64,000 nucleotides of DNA, taken from sequence record SRR22947727_2831. The stretch is one strand, 5' to 3'. Shown here one piece after another: positions 50,487-60,791 of the stretch. The notes below the pieces were generated by a model that searched no databases, was not told where the DNA came from, and saw only the letters and a list, made by a program, of their open reading frames with translations. A program made the translations under genes and the position numbers. Position 1 is the stretch's first letter, and every line of letters begins with the position of its first letter.

Positions 50487-51494
50487 TTAGCGGGTACCCG
50501 CTGCCACCAGTCCGATAACCGCTTCTACGTTGCTTGCGTCAACGAAGCCGGGGCCGGTGTACATCGGCAGTCCACCACCAAGGCTGTGAGCGTTGGTGAC
50601 GTTCAAGTACAGCAACACGACAGAGAGGTAACCCTGCGCGTACTGCTGCTGGTCGATAGCAAACTGCATGTCGCCAGCGGCAATAGCGTTGAGTGCGTCC
50701 TCAGACATGTCAACAGTTCCGATGAACAAGTCGCGTCCGAGCTCCTGAGCAGCAGGCAGTGCGGCCTTGGCAGCAATGTCAGCGTTCAGTGCGAAGATCG
50801 CGTCGATGGTGGGGTCAGCCTCGAGAGCAGCCTTGATCTTTGCAGATGCGGCGGTCAGGTCCTGCAGACCACCATCAAGGTTGAAGTCGGTAACGGTTCC
50901 CGTGGAGGTCTCGCGAGCACCTTGGCAGCGCTCGGTCAGACCGACGTTAGCAGCCTCCTGAATGGGGCAGAGGATGTTGGTTGCGCCGAGCTCGTTGAAA
51001 CGGTATCCCGCTTCACGACCAGCAACAATCTCGTCCTGACCAACGTGAGTGAAAGCACCCAGGTCCTTGAACACGGCAGAGCCGGAGTTCATGGTCACGG
51101 TGGGGACGCCGGCGTCAGCAAGACCCAGCATGGCCTGCTCGATTGCACCGGGGTCCGGAGCAGAAGCAGCTACACCATCACACTCGGCCGAAACAGCACC
51201 TTCGATGATGGCTGCCTGACGAGCGGAGTCGTTGGTCGAGCCCTGGTAGTCAACCGTGATGCCGAGGTCTTCCCCAGCCTTCTCGGCGCCAGCCTGTGCG
51301 ACTGACCAGAAGGTTCCACCGTCACCGTGCGTGTAGACACAGATCTTGATGTCACTGTTGGCAGGTGCTGCGCTTTCAGTTGCAGCAGTCTCAGTAGATG
51401 CAGCTTCACCAGCATCGCTATCAGTTCCCGCTGCACAACCAGCGAGAGTGAGAGCAACAACACCGGTGAGAACGGCGAATTTCTTGATATCCAA
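50487..51494 (-). CDS. Sugar (probably inositol) ABC transporter substrate-binding lipoprotein
   Basis: Lipobox LAGC; TH...FW, NSG, HVGQDE, ERC.G, IDQQQYAQGY, TGP, C-terminal GTR; TTG start after GAGAGG. Confidence 0.9.
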   Translation of the reverse strand: MDIKKFAVLTGVVALTLAGCAAGTDSDAGEAASTETAATESAAPANSDIKICVYTHGDGGTFWSVAQAGAEKAGEDLGITVDYQGSTNDSARQAAIIEGAVSAECDGVAASAPDPGAIEQAMLGLADAGVPTVTMNSGSAVFKDLGAFTHVGQDEIVAGREAGYRFNELGATNILCPIQEAANVGLTERCQGARETSTGTVTDFNLDGGLQDLTAASAKIKAALEADPTIDAIFALNADIAAKAALPAAQELGRDLFIGTVDMSEDALNAIAAGDMQFAIDQQQYAQGYLSVVLLYLNVTNAHSLGGGLPMYTGPGFVDASNVEAVIGLVAAGTR

Positions 51495-51574
51495 ATTCGG
51501 ACCTCTCATCCTTGAGTTACTTATTTTGAGTACGGTGCTCTCCCGATGGAGTGCACCTAACAAAGATTATCGAC

Positions 51575-51588
51575 TTTGTATTGACAAA
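51575..51588. promoter_or_regulatory. Putative IolR operator upstream of the ABC operon
   Basis: (CGAC)TTTGT-ATTG-ACAAA, same left flank as the 43125 site. Confidence 0.65.
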
Positions 51589-51766
51589 AACAGTACCAAA
51601 CCACCATGTTGTTACCGAACCGCAACCTTTTGACCTGACAGACACTTCAGGCAAGAATTCAGCAAATTGGCGGGATTTTCTGCCGTGGGAGGCCAAAGGA
51701 GGGTCTTACCAAAGGTCGATTTTTGTCACCACGAGAATGTGACAATGTCCTCCCAACGGCCTAGAG

Positions 51767-51780
51767 TTTGTCAGAACAAA
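51767..51780. promoter_or_regulatory. Putative IolR operator upstream of the iolE remnant and iolB
   Basis: TTTGT-CAGA-ACAAA, identical to 43125-43138. Confidence 0.7.
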
Positions 51781-51795
51781 GTTGTTTACTCGGCC

Positions 51796-51978
51796 GGAGG
51801 AGACGTCGATGTGAAAGGCATCACCTCGACCCTCATCTCCCAGGGGTACACGGGGTGGTTCGTGCTGGAGCAGGACAACGTCATGCGTCAAGAGCCAGAC
51901 TCAGGTGGTGGTCCTATGGTGGATGCTAAAGCCAGTGTTGAATTTTTGAGAGCAGTAGCAGCGGAGGCAACAGTATGA
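51796..51978 (+). pseudogene. 3' remnant of an IolE-like TIM-barrel gene
   Basis: GGDVDVKGITSTLISQGYTGWFVLEQD...GGGPMVDAKASVEFL aligns by eye with GQGDVDIMGVVQTLERAGYDGWYVIEQD...GEGPLHEVTTSLQYL at the end of 56855-57760; about 240 N-terminal codons are missing. Confidence 0.8.
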
Positions 51979-52865
51979 GCCAGTGGTACTACCCGAAAGG
52001 ATCGCTTCGCCAGGGACCCTGGGCAGCGGTTGTCGACGAGAGCTTGCCGGGGTGGAAGTTCACCGGTATGCGTCTTGCCGAATCAGGAGACGCCGAGCGC
52101 TTTGAGATTGCCCCCGACAGCAAAGAGCGTGTGATCTACATGCTCGATGGTGACAGCACCGAGGTGACCTACACGACTGAGGGCGCCACTGAGACGGTGA
52201 CCCTCCAGGGTCGCCAGTCGGTGTTCCACGGCGCAGTGGATTACCTGTATCTGCCGATCCACACCGACATTGCGTTCACCACCAACGGCCGAGTGATGGT
52301 GGTCGAGGCCGTGGCTTCGACTCCGAAGCCGGTCAACTTTCGACCAGCATCTGACGTTCCCCTGTTGTTGCGAGGTGCTGGCAAATCCACCCGCCAGATT
52401 CACGACTTTGGGGGCGTGGAACATCTCGACGCTGACCGGATGGTGGCGGTGGAAGTAATCGCCCCCTCGGGTAACTGGTCGGGGGTCCCTCCTCACAAGC
52501 ACGACACCTATATTCCCGGTGTCGAGTCCAACCTCGAAGAGGTCTACTACTTCGAGCTTGCTCCTGACCGCGCCTATAACCCGGGTGGTGAATCCGACCC
52601 GATCGCGTACTTCCGCACCTACAGCGGGGATGACCGTGAGATGGACGAGCTCTTCGAGATTCGAAGCGGAGACATCGTCTTGGTGCCCTATGGGTACCAC
52701 GGACCCGCTGCTGCGATGCCGGGCTATGACCTGTACTTCATGAACGTGATGGCGGGTCCTGACCCAGAGCGCGCCTGGAACGCCACCGATGACCCCAAGC
52801 ACGCCTGGATTCGAGGAACCTGGGACTCTGAAGAGAAGGACCCCCGCCTGCCCTACCAGGCCTAG
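51975..52865 (+). CDS. iolB: 5-deoxy-glucuronate isomerase
   Basis: GRQSVF, RGAG..TRQI, GNWSGVPPHKHD, LEEVYYF, VPYGYHGP, YFMNVMAGP. Confidence 0.93.
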   Translation: MSQWYYPKGSLRQGPWAAVVDESLPGWKFTGMRLAESGDAERFEIAPDSKERVIYMLDGDSTEVTYTTEGATETVTLQGRQSVFHGAVDYLYLPIHTDIAFTTNGRVMVVEAVASTPKPVNFRPASDVPLLLRGAGKSTRQIHDFGGVEHLDADRMVAVEVIAPSGNWSGVPPHKHDTYIPGVESNLEEVYYFELAPDRAYNPGGESDPIAYFRTYSGDDREMDELFEIRSGDIVLVPYGYHGPAAAMPGYDLYFMNVMAGPDPERAWNATDDPKHAWIRGTWDSEEKDPRLPYQA

Positions 52866-52926
52866 CCTTAGAGGCGGAGAGCCAGCGTGAGCTGGTGAGT
52901 ACTGACGAGTCAGAGAGGATTCGATA

Positions 52927-54786
52927 ATGCTGTTGCAGCGTCTGAGCGACCGGCACCATCACGCATCCTTCCGTGAGACTCACCAGTGGTCGATTGAGAA
53001 CCCCGGGGATTTCTGGCGGGAAGCCTGGAGCGACTTAGGCATCCTGGGAGACCCGGGCTCCACCGCCATGACGGGGCAGGGATTTAGCGACACCCAGTGG
53101 TTTCCGAAGGCCACACTCAATGTGGTCAATACTCTGCTCGCCGGGAACCCCGATGATGAGGTGTTGGTCGCCCTCACAGAGGATGGACCACGGCGCTCCT
53201 TCACACGCGAACAACTTCGTAGTGAAGTCGCTGCGTGTGCAGCGGCACTGGAGGCATCAGGAGTGAGGGCGGGTGACAGAGTCGCTGCCTGGATGCCCCA
53301 CGTTCCAGAAACGGTGATCTATGCACTCGGTGCGCTCTCGATGGGGGCAGTGGTCAGCACCGCGTCCACCGATTTTGGCCCCAGTGCTTTGATCGACCGG
53401 TTTGGCCAGATCGAGCCCACAGTGTTGTTAGTTCCAGCCCGCTCCACTTACGCGGGCAAGGTGACAGACCACGAGAGTGTTCTCGACGAGATTCTCAGCC
53501 AACTACCGAGCGTCACAACCCTCCTGGTCGCCGGCTCTAGCTCGGGAAGACTGAGCTTTGACGATTGGCTTGCTCCCCATCGGGGAGCTCCACTGACGCC
53601 GGTCGATCTGCCCTTTGATCACCCCGGCTTCATCTTGTTCTCCAGTGGAACGACGGGAAAACCCAAATGCATCGTTCACCGGGCTGCCGGGGTATTGCTC
53701 AAGGTCCTCAGTGAGCAGGGTTACCACCTCGATGTTCGCCCGGGTGATCACATGCTCTATGCCACTACCTGCGGCTGGATGATGTGGAACTGGCTCGTGA
53801 TGGGTCTGGGCCGTGGTGCGACCATTGTCCTGGTCGATGGCAGTCCCGGATTTCCCGACCTGGGTCGCCTCTGGTCGATCACCGCTGAAGAGCGGCTGAG
53901 CTTCCTCGGGGTATCCGCAGCGTTGATCGACACGTGGCGGAAAGCTGAACTGCAACCGAAGGACCTCGGCTCACTCGAGTCTTTGCGCACGATTGCCTCG
54001 ACCGGGTCACCGCTCGGTCCTGAGGGGTATGACTGGGTGGCAGAGAGCATCTCCCCCGACATCGTCGTGGCCTCAATTGCCGGGGGAACCGACCTCTGCG
54101 GGTGTCTGGTGTTGGGGGTCGCCACCGAAGCTGTCCGCCGAGGAGAAATTGGTGGACCGGCGCTCGGGTTGGATGTGACCGTGGTGGACTCCGAGGGTCA
54201 CCAGGTGTCAGCCGGTGTGGAAGGTGAGCTGGTCTGTCGAACCCCCTTCCCCTCCACCCCCGTGGAGTTCTGGGGAGACACCGATGGCACTCGCATGAGG
54301 AGTGCCTACTTTGATCGGTTCGAGGGAATCTGGGCACACGGGGATTTCGCGAAGAGCACCCCCGAGGGCGGGTTTGTGATCCTGGGTCGCCTCGATGCGA
54401 CGCTGAACTCCAAAGGGGTGCGGATTGGAACGGCCGAGATTTACCGAGTCGTTCAGTCAATACCGGGAATTCAGGACTCTCTCGCGGTCGCGCAGCCCCA
54501 CGACGGCGATAGCCGGATTGTGTTGTTTGTCGTGACCACCGATGAGCTCGATGAGGCTCTCGAGACCCGAATTCGCCAGGAGCTTCGCTCCCAGGCGAGC
54601 CCCCGTCACGTCCCCTCGCTGATTGTCAGAGCACCAGCAGTTCCTAGAACCCGCAGCGGGAAGATGACGGAGCTTGCCGTGGCAGACATCGTCGCTACTC
54701 GAGCAGAGCGCGACACCTCGTCGCTTTCGAACCCCGAAAGCCTGGAGTGGTTTAGGCAGTGGGCGAAGGGTTCCAAGGACCTGTAG
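52927..54786 (+). CDS. Acetoacetate--CoA ligase
   Basis: DRFGQIEP, ILFSSGTTGKPKCIVH, TTCGWMMWNWL, SIAGGTD, WAHGDF, GRLDATLN..GVRIGTAEIY, PRTRSGK. Confidence 0.9.
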   Translation: MLLQRLSDRHHHASFRETHQWSIENPGDFWREAWSDLGILGDPGSTAMTGQGFSDTQWFPKATLNVVNTLLAGNPDDEVLVALTEDGPRRSFTREQLRSEVAACAAALEASGVRAGDRVAAWMPHVPETVIYALGALSMGAVVSTASTDFGPSALIDRFGQIEPTVLLVPARSTYAGKVTDHESVLDEILSQLPSVTTLLVAGSSSGRLSFDDWLAPHRGAPLTPVDLPFDHPGFILFSSGTTGKPKCIVHRAAGVLLKVLSEQGYHLDVRPGDHMLYATTCGWMMWNWLVMGLGRGATIVLVDGSPGFPDLGRLWSITAEERLSFLGVSAALIDTWRKAELQPKDLGSLESLRTIASTGSPLGPEGYDWVAESISPDIVVASIAGGTDLCGCLVLGVATEAVRRGEIGGPALGLDVTVVDSEGHQVSAGVEGELVCRTPFPSTPVEFWGDTDGTRMRSAYFDRFEGIWAHGDFAKSTPEGGFVILGRLDATLNSKGVRIGTAEIYRVVQSIPGIQDSLAVAQPHDGDSRIVLFVVTTDELDEALETRIRQELRSQASPRHVPSLIVRAPAVPRTRSGKMTELAVADIVATRAERDTSSLSNPESLEWFRQWAKGSKDL

Positions 54787-55768
54787 TTCCTCGCACCACC
54801 AGCTGCGAGGACACCTGATCGTGGTGAGCGGGACGGGAGGGCTTGTCGAGTCGTTCCAGGAGGCGCGTGGCGGCCAAGCGCCCGAGCTCCGCCAGTGGCT
54901 GGGCAACAGTCGTCAAGTTCACACTGCGAAGTCCTGCCAGGCGGATACCGTCATAGCCGATGACGGAGATGTCACCGGGGACATCGAAGCCTGCTTCTTC
55001 CACAGCAGCAATAGCTCCCATCGCCCCAATGTCGTTAGCCACAAAGAATGCGGTGGGGGAGAGCTCGAGTGCTTCCTTGGCTGCCCGATACCCGGCGGTG
55101 TCGGTCAAACCACCGGAGACTATCTGGGCGTAATCAGACAGGCCATGGGAAGCCATCGCCTCGAGATAACCCTGGGCCCTGGAGTGGGAGACCGGGTTGT
55201 CTCCACCGCTGAGACACACAATGCGTCGGTGGCCGAGGCTCACCAAATGATCGACCGCGATGCGACCACCCTCCACATCGTCGTTGCAGACCATATCCAT
55301 CCGGGGAATAGCAATGTCGTCCCTCGTGACTGTCACGGTGGGGATTTCGCCGGCAACCTCCCGGAGCATCGCCTCCGTGAGGCGATGGGAGATGAGAATC
55401 AATCCTTCGATCTGGAACTGTTGGAGGGTGTCGATCTCCGCTCTTTCCAGAGCGGGGTCATCTCCCCCGCTGACCAACATGGTGGTGAACCCGTGCTGTC
55501 GGACCTCTGTTTGAACACCATCGAGGATCTCCGCGAAAACAGGGTTGTGGAGATCGAGCACAAGGACACCGAGGGTGCGACTTTTTTTGGCCGCCAAACT
55601 TCTGGCGGCGGCATTGGGTCGATACCCCAACTCCTGAGCGGCGCGTTCGATACGCTGCCGGCTGGCATCACTGACTTTGGGTGAGCCGGAGAGGGCAAGA
55701 GAGACCAACGATTTGGACACCCCTGCCCGGGATGCCACATCAAGAATCGTGGGTCTGGAGGCAGACAT
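54752..55768 (-). CDS. LacI family transcriptional regulator
   Basis: TILDVASRAGVSKSLVS, LGYRPN..ARSL, LGHRRI, NDIGA.G, VIGYD, LTTVAQP. Confidence 0.95.
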   Translation of the reverse strand: MSASRPTILDVASRAGVSKSLVSLALSGSPKVSDASRQRIERAAQELGYRPNAAARSLAAKKSRTLGVLVLDLHNPVFAEILDGVQTEVRQHGFTTMLVSGGDDPALERAEIDTLQQFQIEGLILISHRLTEAMLREVAGEIPTVTVTRDDIAIPRMDMVCNDDVEGGRIAVDHLVSLGHRRIVCLSGGDNPVSHSRAQGYLEAMASHGLSDYAQIVSGGLTDTAGYRAAKEALELSPTAFFVANDIGAMGAIAAVEEAGFDVPGDISVIGYDGIRLAGLRSVNLTTVAQPLAELGRLAATRLLERLDKPSRPAHHDQVSSQLVVRGTTGPWNPSPTA

Positions 55769-56764
55769 CTATTCGGTGATGTCGGCAACCATGATGGCTC
55801 GAGACTCTTCGATGGACTTCTCACACGCGATTGCTGCGCGGAGACTCTCCAGCGCAGAATCAGGCGGTGTGGGGTTCTCCGTTTCCCCCGCAGCCAAGGA
55901 CACAAAGGAAGCAGTCTCGTTGCGGAATGCCTCGCGGAAGCGATCAACAAAACCTGTGTAGGGGTTCTCGTTCAATGCGAGGTCTCCCTCCATCGCGTGG
56001 AGTGGTGTCCTGGAATTCAAGCCCGCGGACAGCGAGTCCTTCGACCCAAAGGCTTCCATCCGCACATCGTGACCGACCGGGTTATGCCTGGCTCCGGTGA
56101 TGACAACCTGAACCCCGCTCACCGTGGTCAGAGAGATGGTCGCCACATCAGCGTCGTCAAACTCGGCATAATCCTGATGCTCACGGACACGTTTCGTGGC
56201 AAAAACGCTTTCGATTTCACTGCCGGTCATCCACCGCACCAGGTCAAAGTCGTGGACATGGAGGTCCCGAAATATCCCCCCGCTCCCGGGAATGAAGTCT
56301 TTATGGCTGACGGTGTGATCCCTGGACTCCATCGTCATGGAGTAAAACGTTCCGATGCCTCCCGAGTGAATGATGTCGTGCATCGCCCTAATGGAGGTGT
56401 CGAAGCGACGCTGGAATCCGATTTGCAGGGCAGAACCGCTGCTCTCTGCCAACGCAATCGCGGAGGCGGTGTCCTGCAGGGTGAGAGCCACCGGTTTTTC
56501 ACACAACACGGGGATGCCCTGAGGAAGCACACCATTCAGAATGTGGTGGTGCCCGCTCGTCCCTACGGCCACGACGACAGCGTCAGCGACAGCGTCCGTT
56601 GCTTGCTCCCACCGCAGCGCTGTTGCGCCCCACTTGGATGCCAGCTCTTGGGCTCGGGATTCATTTCGATTGGCAATAAGGACCTCGCTCACGCGAGGGT
56701 CTGCCACCAGGTCTTCCACCCGGATAGCGCCCATGCGACCAGCTCCGACGACGAGTACTCTCAT
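55769..56764 (-). CDS. Gfo/Idh/MocA inositol dehydrogenase-like oxidoreductase
   Basis: GAGRMG, CEKPV, GFQRRFD, SGGIFRDLHVHDFD. Confidence 0.88.
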   Translation of the reverse strand: MRVLVVGAGRMGAIRVEDLVADPRVSEVLIANRNESRAQELASKWGATALRWEQATDAVADAVVVAVGTSGHHHILNGVLPQGIPVLCEKPVALTLQDTASAIALAESSGSALQIGFQRRFDTSIRAMHDIIHSGGIGTFYSMTMESRDHTVSHKDFIPGSGGIFRDLHVHDFDLVRWMTGSEIESVFATKRVREHQDYAEFDDADVATISLTTVSGVQVVITGARHNPVGHDVRMEAFGSKDSLSAGLNSRTPLHAMEGDLALNENPYTGFVDRFREAFRNETASFVSLAAGETENPTPPDSALESLRAAIACEKSIEESRAIMVADITE

Positions 56765-56827
56765 TGCTTTTTCCTTTCCCCCAGCACGGCAATGTGTTGC
56801 GGTGGTTCCCCCAGTCTGCCATAATAA

Positions 56828-56841
56828 TTGGAACGTTCCAA
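56828..56841. promoter_or_regulatory. LacI-type operator in a divergent promoter
   Basis: Perfect palindrome TTGGAACGTTCCAA with central CG, just after CATAAT. Confidence 0.8.
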
Positions 56842-56854
56842 CGAAGGGGTGCCC

Positions 56855-57760
56855 ATGTCGGATTTTCTGTCTCGAGTTGCGTCAGCACCCATTTCCTGGG
56901 GAATTTGTGAGGTGCCCGGCTGGGGCGCCATGCTCCCCACACCTCGAGTGCTGGGCGAGATGGCGGGACTGGGTTTCACTGCGACCGAGCTTGGCGCACC
57001 AGGCTTCCTCCCCACATCCCCGGAAGGAGTGAAGAGCGAACTCGCGGCTTTTGAGATGACCTTGCTCGGAGGATTCACCCCTGTCGTTCTCCACGACAAA
57101 GCTCAGCGAGACGAGACTATTGCGAGCGCCAGGACCACCGCGAAGCTCTTCCAAGACGCTGGTGCCACCAAGTTCATTTCCTCTGTTGTTCAAGATATGG
57201 ACTGGTCGAATCCTCGGGCGTTGAGCAGCGATGAGCAGGCTCACATGGCAGAAATGTTTGGCATCATCGACGACATTTGTGCTGAGCACGGACTCGAACA
57301 GGTGCTGCACCCCCACGTCCAAACCTTGGTGGAAACCAAGGACGACATCTCACGAGTCCTCGACTCGTGTGATGTGCACTTCTGCCTCGACACCGGCCAC
57401 ATGGCTTTTGGTGGTCAAGATCCCGTGCAATTCGCCAAAGACGCGATGGATCGCGTCGGACACGTGCACCTGAAGGACATCAGGCTCGACATGGTCGAGC
57501 CTGTGCTGCGACGCGAGGTGTCCTTGATGGCGGCCACTCAGGCAGGCATCTTTACCCCTCTGGGGCAAGGCGACGTCGACATCATGGGCGTCGTTCAAAC
57601 ACTCGAGCGCGCCGGGTATGACGGCTGGTATGTCATCGAGCAGGACACCGCCATCACCGATGGTCTCCCCGGCGAAGGCGAAGGCCCCCTCCACGAGGTG
57701 ACCACGTCCCTGCAGTACTTGGTCGAGAAGGTTGCTCCCACCCTGGACTCCCCAAGCTAA
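56855..57760 (+). CDS. iolE: Inosose dehydratase (IolE-like)
   Basis: APISWG.CE.PGWG, ELG, HPH, CLDTGH, HVHLKD, PLGQGDVD, EQD. Confidence 0.85.
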   Translation: MSDFLSRVASAPISWGICEVPGWGAMLPTPRVLGEMAGLGFTATELGAPGFLPTSPEGVKSELAAFEMTLLGGFTPVVLHDKAQRDETIASARTTAKLFQDAGATKFISSVVQDMDWSNPRALSSDEQAHMAEMFGIIDDICAEHGLEQVLHPHVQTLVETKDDISRVLDSCDVHFCLDTGHMAFGGQDPVQFAKDAMDRVGHVHLKDIRLDMVEPVLRREVSLMAATQAGIFTPLGQGDVDIMGVVQTLERAGYDGWYVIEQDTAITDGLPGEGEGPLHEVTTSLQYLVEKVAPTLDSPS

Positions 57761-58701
57761 TGTCACCCGATGTCGTCAGTGTTGGTCGCATCAGCGTCGA
57801 CCTCTATGCCAACGAGCCTCACGCGGGTTTTGAGGACCAGCAAAGTTTTCGGAAGTCGGTAGGCGGCAGCCCCACCAATGTTGCGGTGGCGGCAGCGAGG
57901 CTTGGCCACGACGTCACGCTTGTCACCAAAGTCGGCGATGACGACTTTGGTGACTACATCCGGGGGCGCCTCGAGGGGTGGGGAGTGGACACCAGCTACG
58001 TCGGAAGTGTGCCTGGCGCCCAAACTCCTTTGGCGTTTGCCGCTCTCACTCCCCCCGAAACCCCGACCGTGATCTTCTACCGCGGAGCAGCAGCGCCCGA
58101 TACCCAGCTCGTGGCTTCCGATGTTCCAGAAGAGCTCATAACGGGGACAAAGATTCTGTGGATCAGCCAAGGCTCCCTAGCCCAAGGCAGCACGGCAGAG
58201 ACCTGCCTCGCCTGGATGGCGCTGCGCTCGAAGGATCACCACACGATTCTTGATCTGGACTACCGCCCCTCCCTCTGGGGAAGCGTCGACGACGCTCGTG
58301 CGATGGCGCAACGTGCCATCGCACGAGCCACCGTCGTGGTCAGCAACTCTGAAGAGTGCGAGGTGGCACTGGGGGTGAGCGATCCAGACGCTGCCGCAGA
58401 TGCACTGCTGAGCGCTGGGGTGAAGCTTGCAATTATCAAGCTCGGCGCCGGTGGAGCGCTTCTGGCGAGCGAGACCGAGCGAGTTCGGGTGGCACCCACC
58501 CCCATTGAGGTTGTCTGCGGTTTGGGAGCGGGGGACGCCTTTGGGGGTGCACTCTGCCACGGTTTACTGGAAGGCTTGAGCCTGGAAGAGATCGGAGCAC
58601 TCGCGAACGCCGCCGGTGCACATGTGGCAACTCAACTCACGTGTGCAGATGCGATGCCGAGTGTGGAGGAGCTCCAGCGGGTTATGGAGGATGCAGCATG
58701 A
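57760..58701 (+). CDS. iolC: 5-dehydro-2-deoxygluconokinase (copy 2)
   Basis: GRISVDLY, GGSPTNVAVAAAR, FYR, DLDYR, GLGAGDAFGG. Confidence 0.88.
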   Translation: MSPDVVSVGRISVDLYANEPHAGFEDQQSFRKSVGGSPTNVAVAAARLGHDVTLVTKVGDDDFGDYIRGRLEGWGVDTSYVGSVPGAQTPLAFAALTPPETPTVIFYRGAAAPDTQLVASDVPEELITGTKILWISQGSLAQGSTAETCLAWMALRSKDHHTILDLDYRPSLWGSVDDARAMAQRAIARATVVVSNSEECEVALGVSDPDAAADALLSAGVKLAIIKLGAGGALLASETERVRVAPTPIEVVCGLGAGDAFGGALCHGLLEGLSLEEIGALANAAGAHVATQLTCADAMPSVEELQRVMEDAA

Positions 58702-59591
58702 GTGTGACCATCGAGCAGTATCACGAGCTACTTCGGGCCAGGGTTTTTGAACCAGAAGCGTTCACCAGAGCGCTGCTGAACAGAAAGCGTCGAACCCCGC
58801 AGGGCGCAGATGGCAACCTCCTGTTGGTCGCTTCCGACCACACCGCTCGAGGCAAAATCAGTTTGGGCAATGACCCCGTTGCGATGGCTGATCGTCACAC
58901 CCTTTTGGACCACTTGGTTCGCGTTCTCTCCTCCCCAGGCGTCGACGGAGTCTTGGGAAGTGCCGATGTCCTCGAGGAACTCGCCTGGTTGGGGGCACTA
59001 GAGAACAAGCTGGCAATTGGAACGATGAACCGCGGTGGCATCATCGGCGCCACCTGGGAACTCGATGATCGCCTCACCTCCTATGACGTTGACCACGTGG
59101 AGTCGATGGGCCTCGATGGCGGAAAAACCCTGCTCCGCATCGACTACACCGACCCGGCTGTGGCGAGGACGTTGGAGACCGTGGCATCCATCACCACCCA
59201 ACTGGCAGATCGCAAACTGCTCTCCATGATTGAGCCCCTGCCCTACGTCAAAGACTCTGCCGGTCACGCAAAGCTGAACCCATCCGATGATGCCCTAGTG
59301 ACCGTGGTGGCCATCGCATCAGGCTTGGGAGCATCCTCTGCCTACACCTGGCTGAAAGTCCCCGCGAGTGAGCGGATGGGCGAGGTGGCGGGAGCCACCA
59401 CCCTGCCGATTTTGATGCTCGGTGGTGACCCCAGCGGTGGCGTCGATCCGATTTTTGCGAAATGGGAGACCGGCATGAAGGAGCCCAACGTTCGAGGCCT
59501 CCTTGCCGGTCGCACCCTCCTCTACCCGCCTGATGGAGACATTGAGGCGGCCACGAAGCGCGCAGCGCAGATCGTTAGACCCCACCACTAA
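58698..59591 (+). CDS. Cgl0159-like aldolase (copy 2)
   Basis: ASDHTARG, GTMNRGG, ELDDR, SAYTWLK.P, GRTLLYP; ATGA overlap with iolC. Confidence 0.85.
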   Translation: MSVTIEQYHELLRARVFEPEAFTRALLNRKRRTPQGADGNLLLVASDHTARGKISLGNDPVAMADRHTLLDHLVRVLSSPGVDGVLGSADVLEELAWLGALENKLAIGTMNRGGIIGATWELDDRLTSYDVDHVESMGLDGGKTLLRIDYTDPAVARTLETVASITTQLADRKLLSMIEPLPYVKDSAGHAKLNPSDDALVTVVAIASGLGASSAYTWLKVPASERMGEVAGATTLPILMLGGDPSGGVDPIFAKWETGMKEPNVRGLLAGRTLLYPPDGDIEAATKRAAQIVRPHH

Positions 59592-59613
59592 CCTTCAGAA
59601 AGGTGTCACCCCC

Positions 59614-60786
59614 ATGAACAAACCCCTCGGTGTTGCCGTGCTTGGACTTGGCTGGATGGGACAGGTGCACTCTCGCGCCATGCTTCGGATGCCCTCGCTA
59701 TTCCCCAACCGCTCCTTCGACCCGAAACTCGTGGTCTGTGCAGACACCGAAGAGGAACGTCGCACCCGCGCGGTTAACGACTTTGGTTTTGAGCGTGCCG
59801 TTGCAGACTGGCGCGAGGCTGTCGAAGCCGATGACGTCGATGTGGTGTGGGTGACAGCACCCAACATGCTCCACGTCCCGATGATTGAAGCAGCAGCTGC
59901 AGCCGGCAAAGCAGTCTTTAGTGAGAAACCCATTGGTGGCAAGCCCGAGCAGACCGTTGCCGCCTACAACGCGGCTCAAGCTGCTGGTGTTCGCACCGCG
60001 GTGGGATACAACTACCTGTGGGCACCCCTGGTGCTCCACGCGAAGGAACTGATTTCCTCGGGTGCTCTCGGTGAAATCACCCACTACCGTGGCCGATTCC
60101 TCTCCATGTATGGAAGCGACGAGATGGGCCTTTTAACCTGGCGCTTCATTCTGGATCAGGCCGGCTATGGCGCGACCAGTGACATCCTCAGCCACTCCAT
60201 CTCCTTGGCGCAGTTCTTGGTAGGGGACATCACCGAGGTCGTGGGTATGAAGAACACCACCATCCCCCAGCGCCCACTTCCCACTGGTGCCGCCAGCCAC
60301 TATGGGCGCGGAAAGCCTGAGGACCCCAAGGGTGATGTGGAGAACGAGGACTTTGCCTCGATGCTCTGCTGGTTCAAGAACGGTGCAACCGGAACGTTCG
60401 AGTCCAGTCGCACCATGGTGGGACCCGAGAGCCAGAACGCGTTCGAGGTCTATGGCACCAAGGGTGCTCTTGCCTGGAACCTTGAGAAGATGAACGAACT
60501 CCAGTACTACCGACTGACCGAGGACCCCAGCTCCGGGTACACCACCATCTATGGTGGGGACCGTTTCCCCTTCCACGGAGCGTTCGCACCGGGTCAGGCC
60601 AACTCCATTGGGTTGGAAGACTTGATGGCCATTGAGGACTACTCCTTCCTGGAGGCCATCGCCACCGGTGGGGACTTCTCACCGAGCTTCCGCGAGGCCG
60701 TCAACGTGGTGAGCGTCCAGCAAGCATTGATTAACTCGTGGGAGTCCCGCTCCTTCGAGCCCGTCGTTGACCTGTCAGGAGAGTAA
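59614..60786 (+). CDS. Gfo/Idh/MocA family dehydrogenase
   Basis: GLGWMG..H, APNMLH, SEKP, GYNY, WRF, D..SH; GAAAGG RBS. Confidence 0.88.
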   Translation: MNKPLGVAVLGLGWMGQVHSRAMLRMPSLFPNRSFDPKLVVCADTEEERRTRAVNDFGFERAVADWREAVEADDVDVVWVTAPNMLHVPMIEAAAAAGKAVFSEKPIGGKPEQTVAAYNAAQAAGVRTAVGYNYLWAPLVLHAKELISSGALGEITHYRGRFLSMYGSDEMGLLTWRFILDQAGYGATSDILSHSISLAQFLVGDITEVVGMKNTTIPQRPLPTGAASHYGRGKPEDPKGDVENEDFASMLCWFKNGATGTFESSRTMVGPESQNAFEVYGTKGALAWNLEKMNELQYYRLTEDPSSGYTTIYGGDRFPFHGAFAPGQANSIGLEDLMAIEDYSFLEAIATGGDFSPSFREAVNVVSVQQALINSWESRSFEPVVDLSGE

Positions 60787-60791
60787 AAGCC

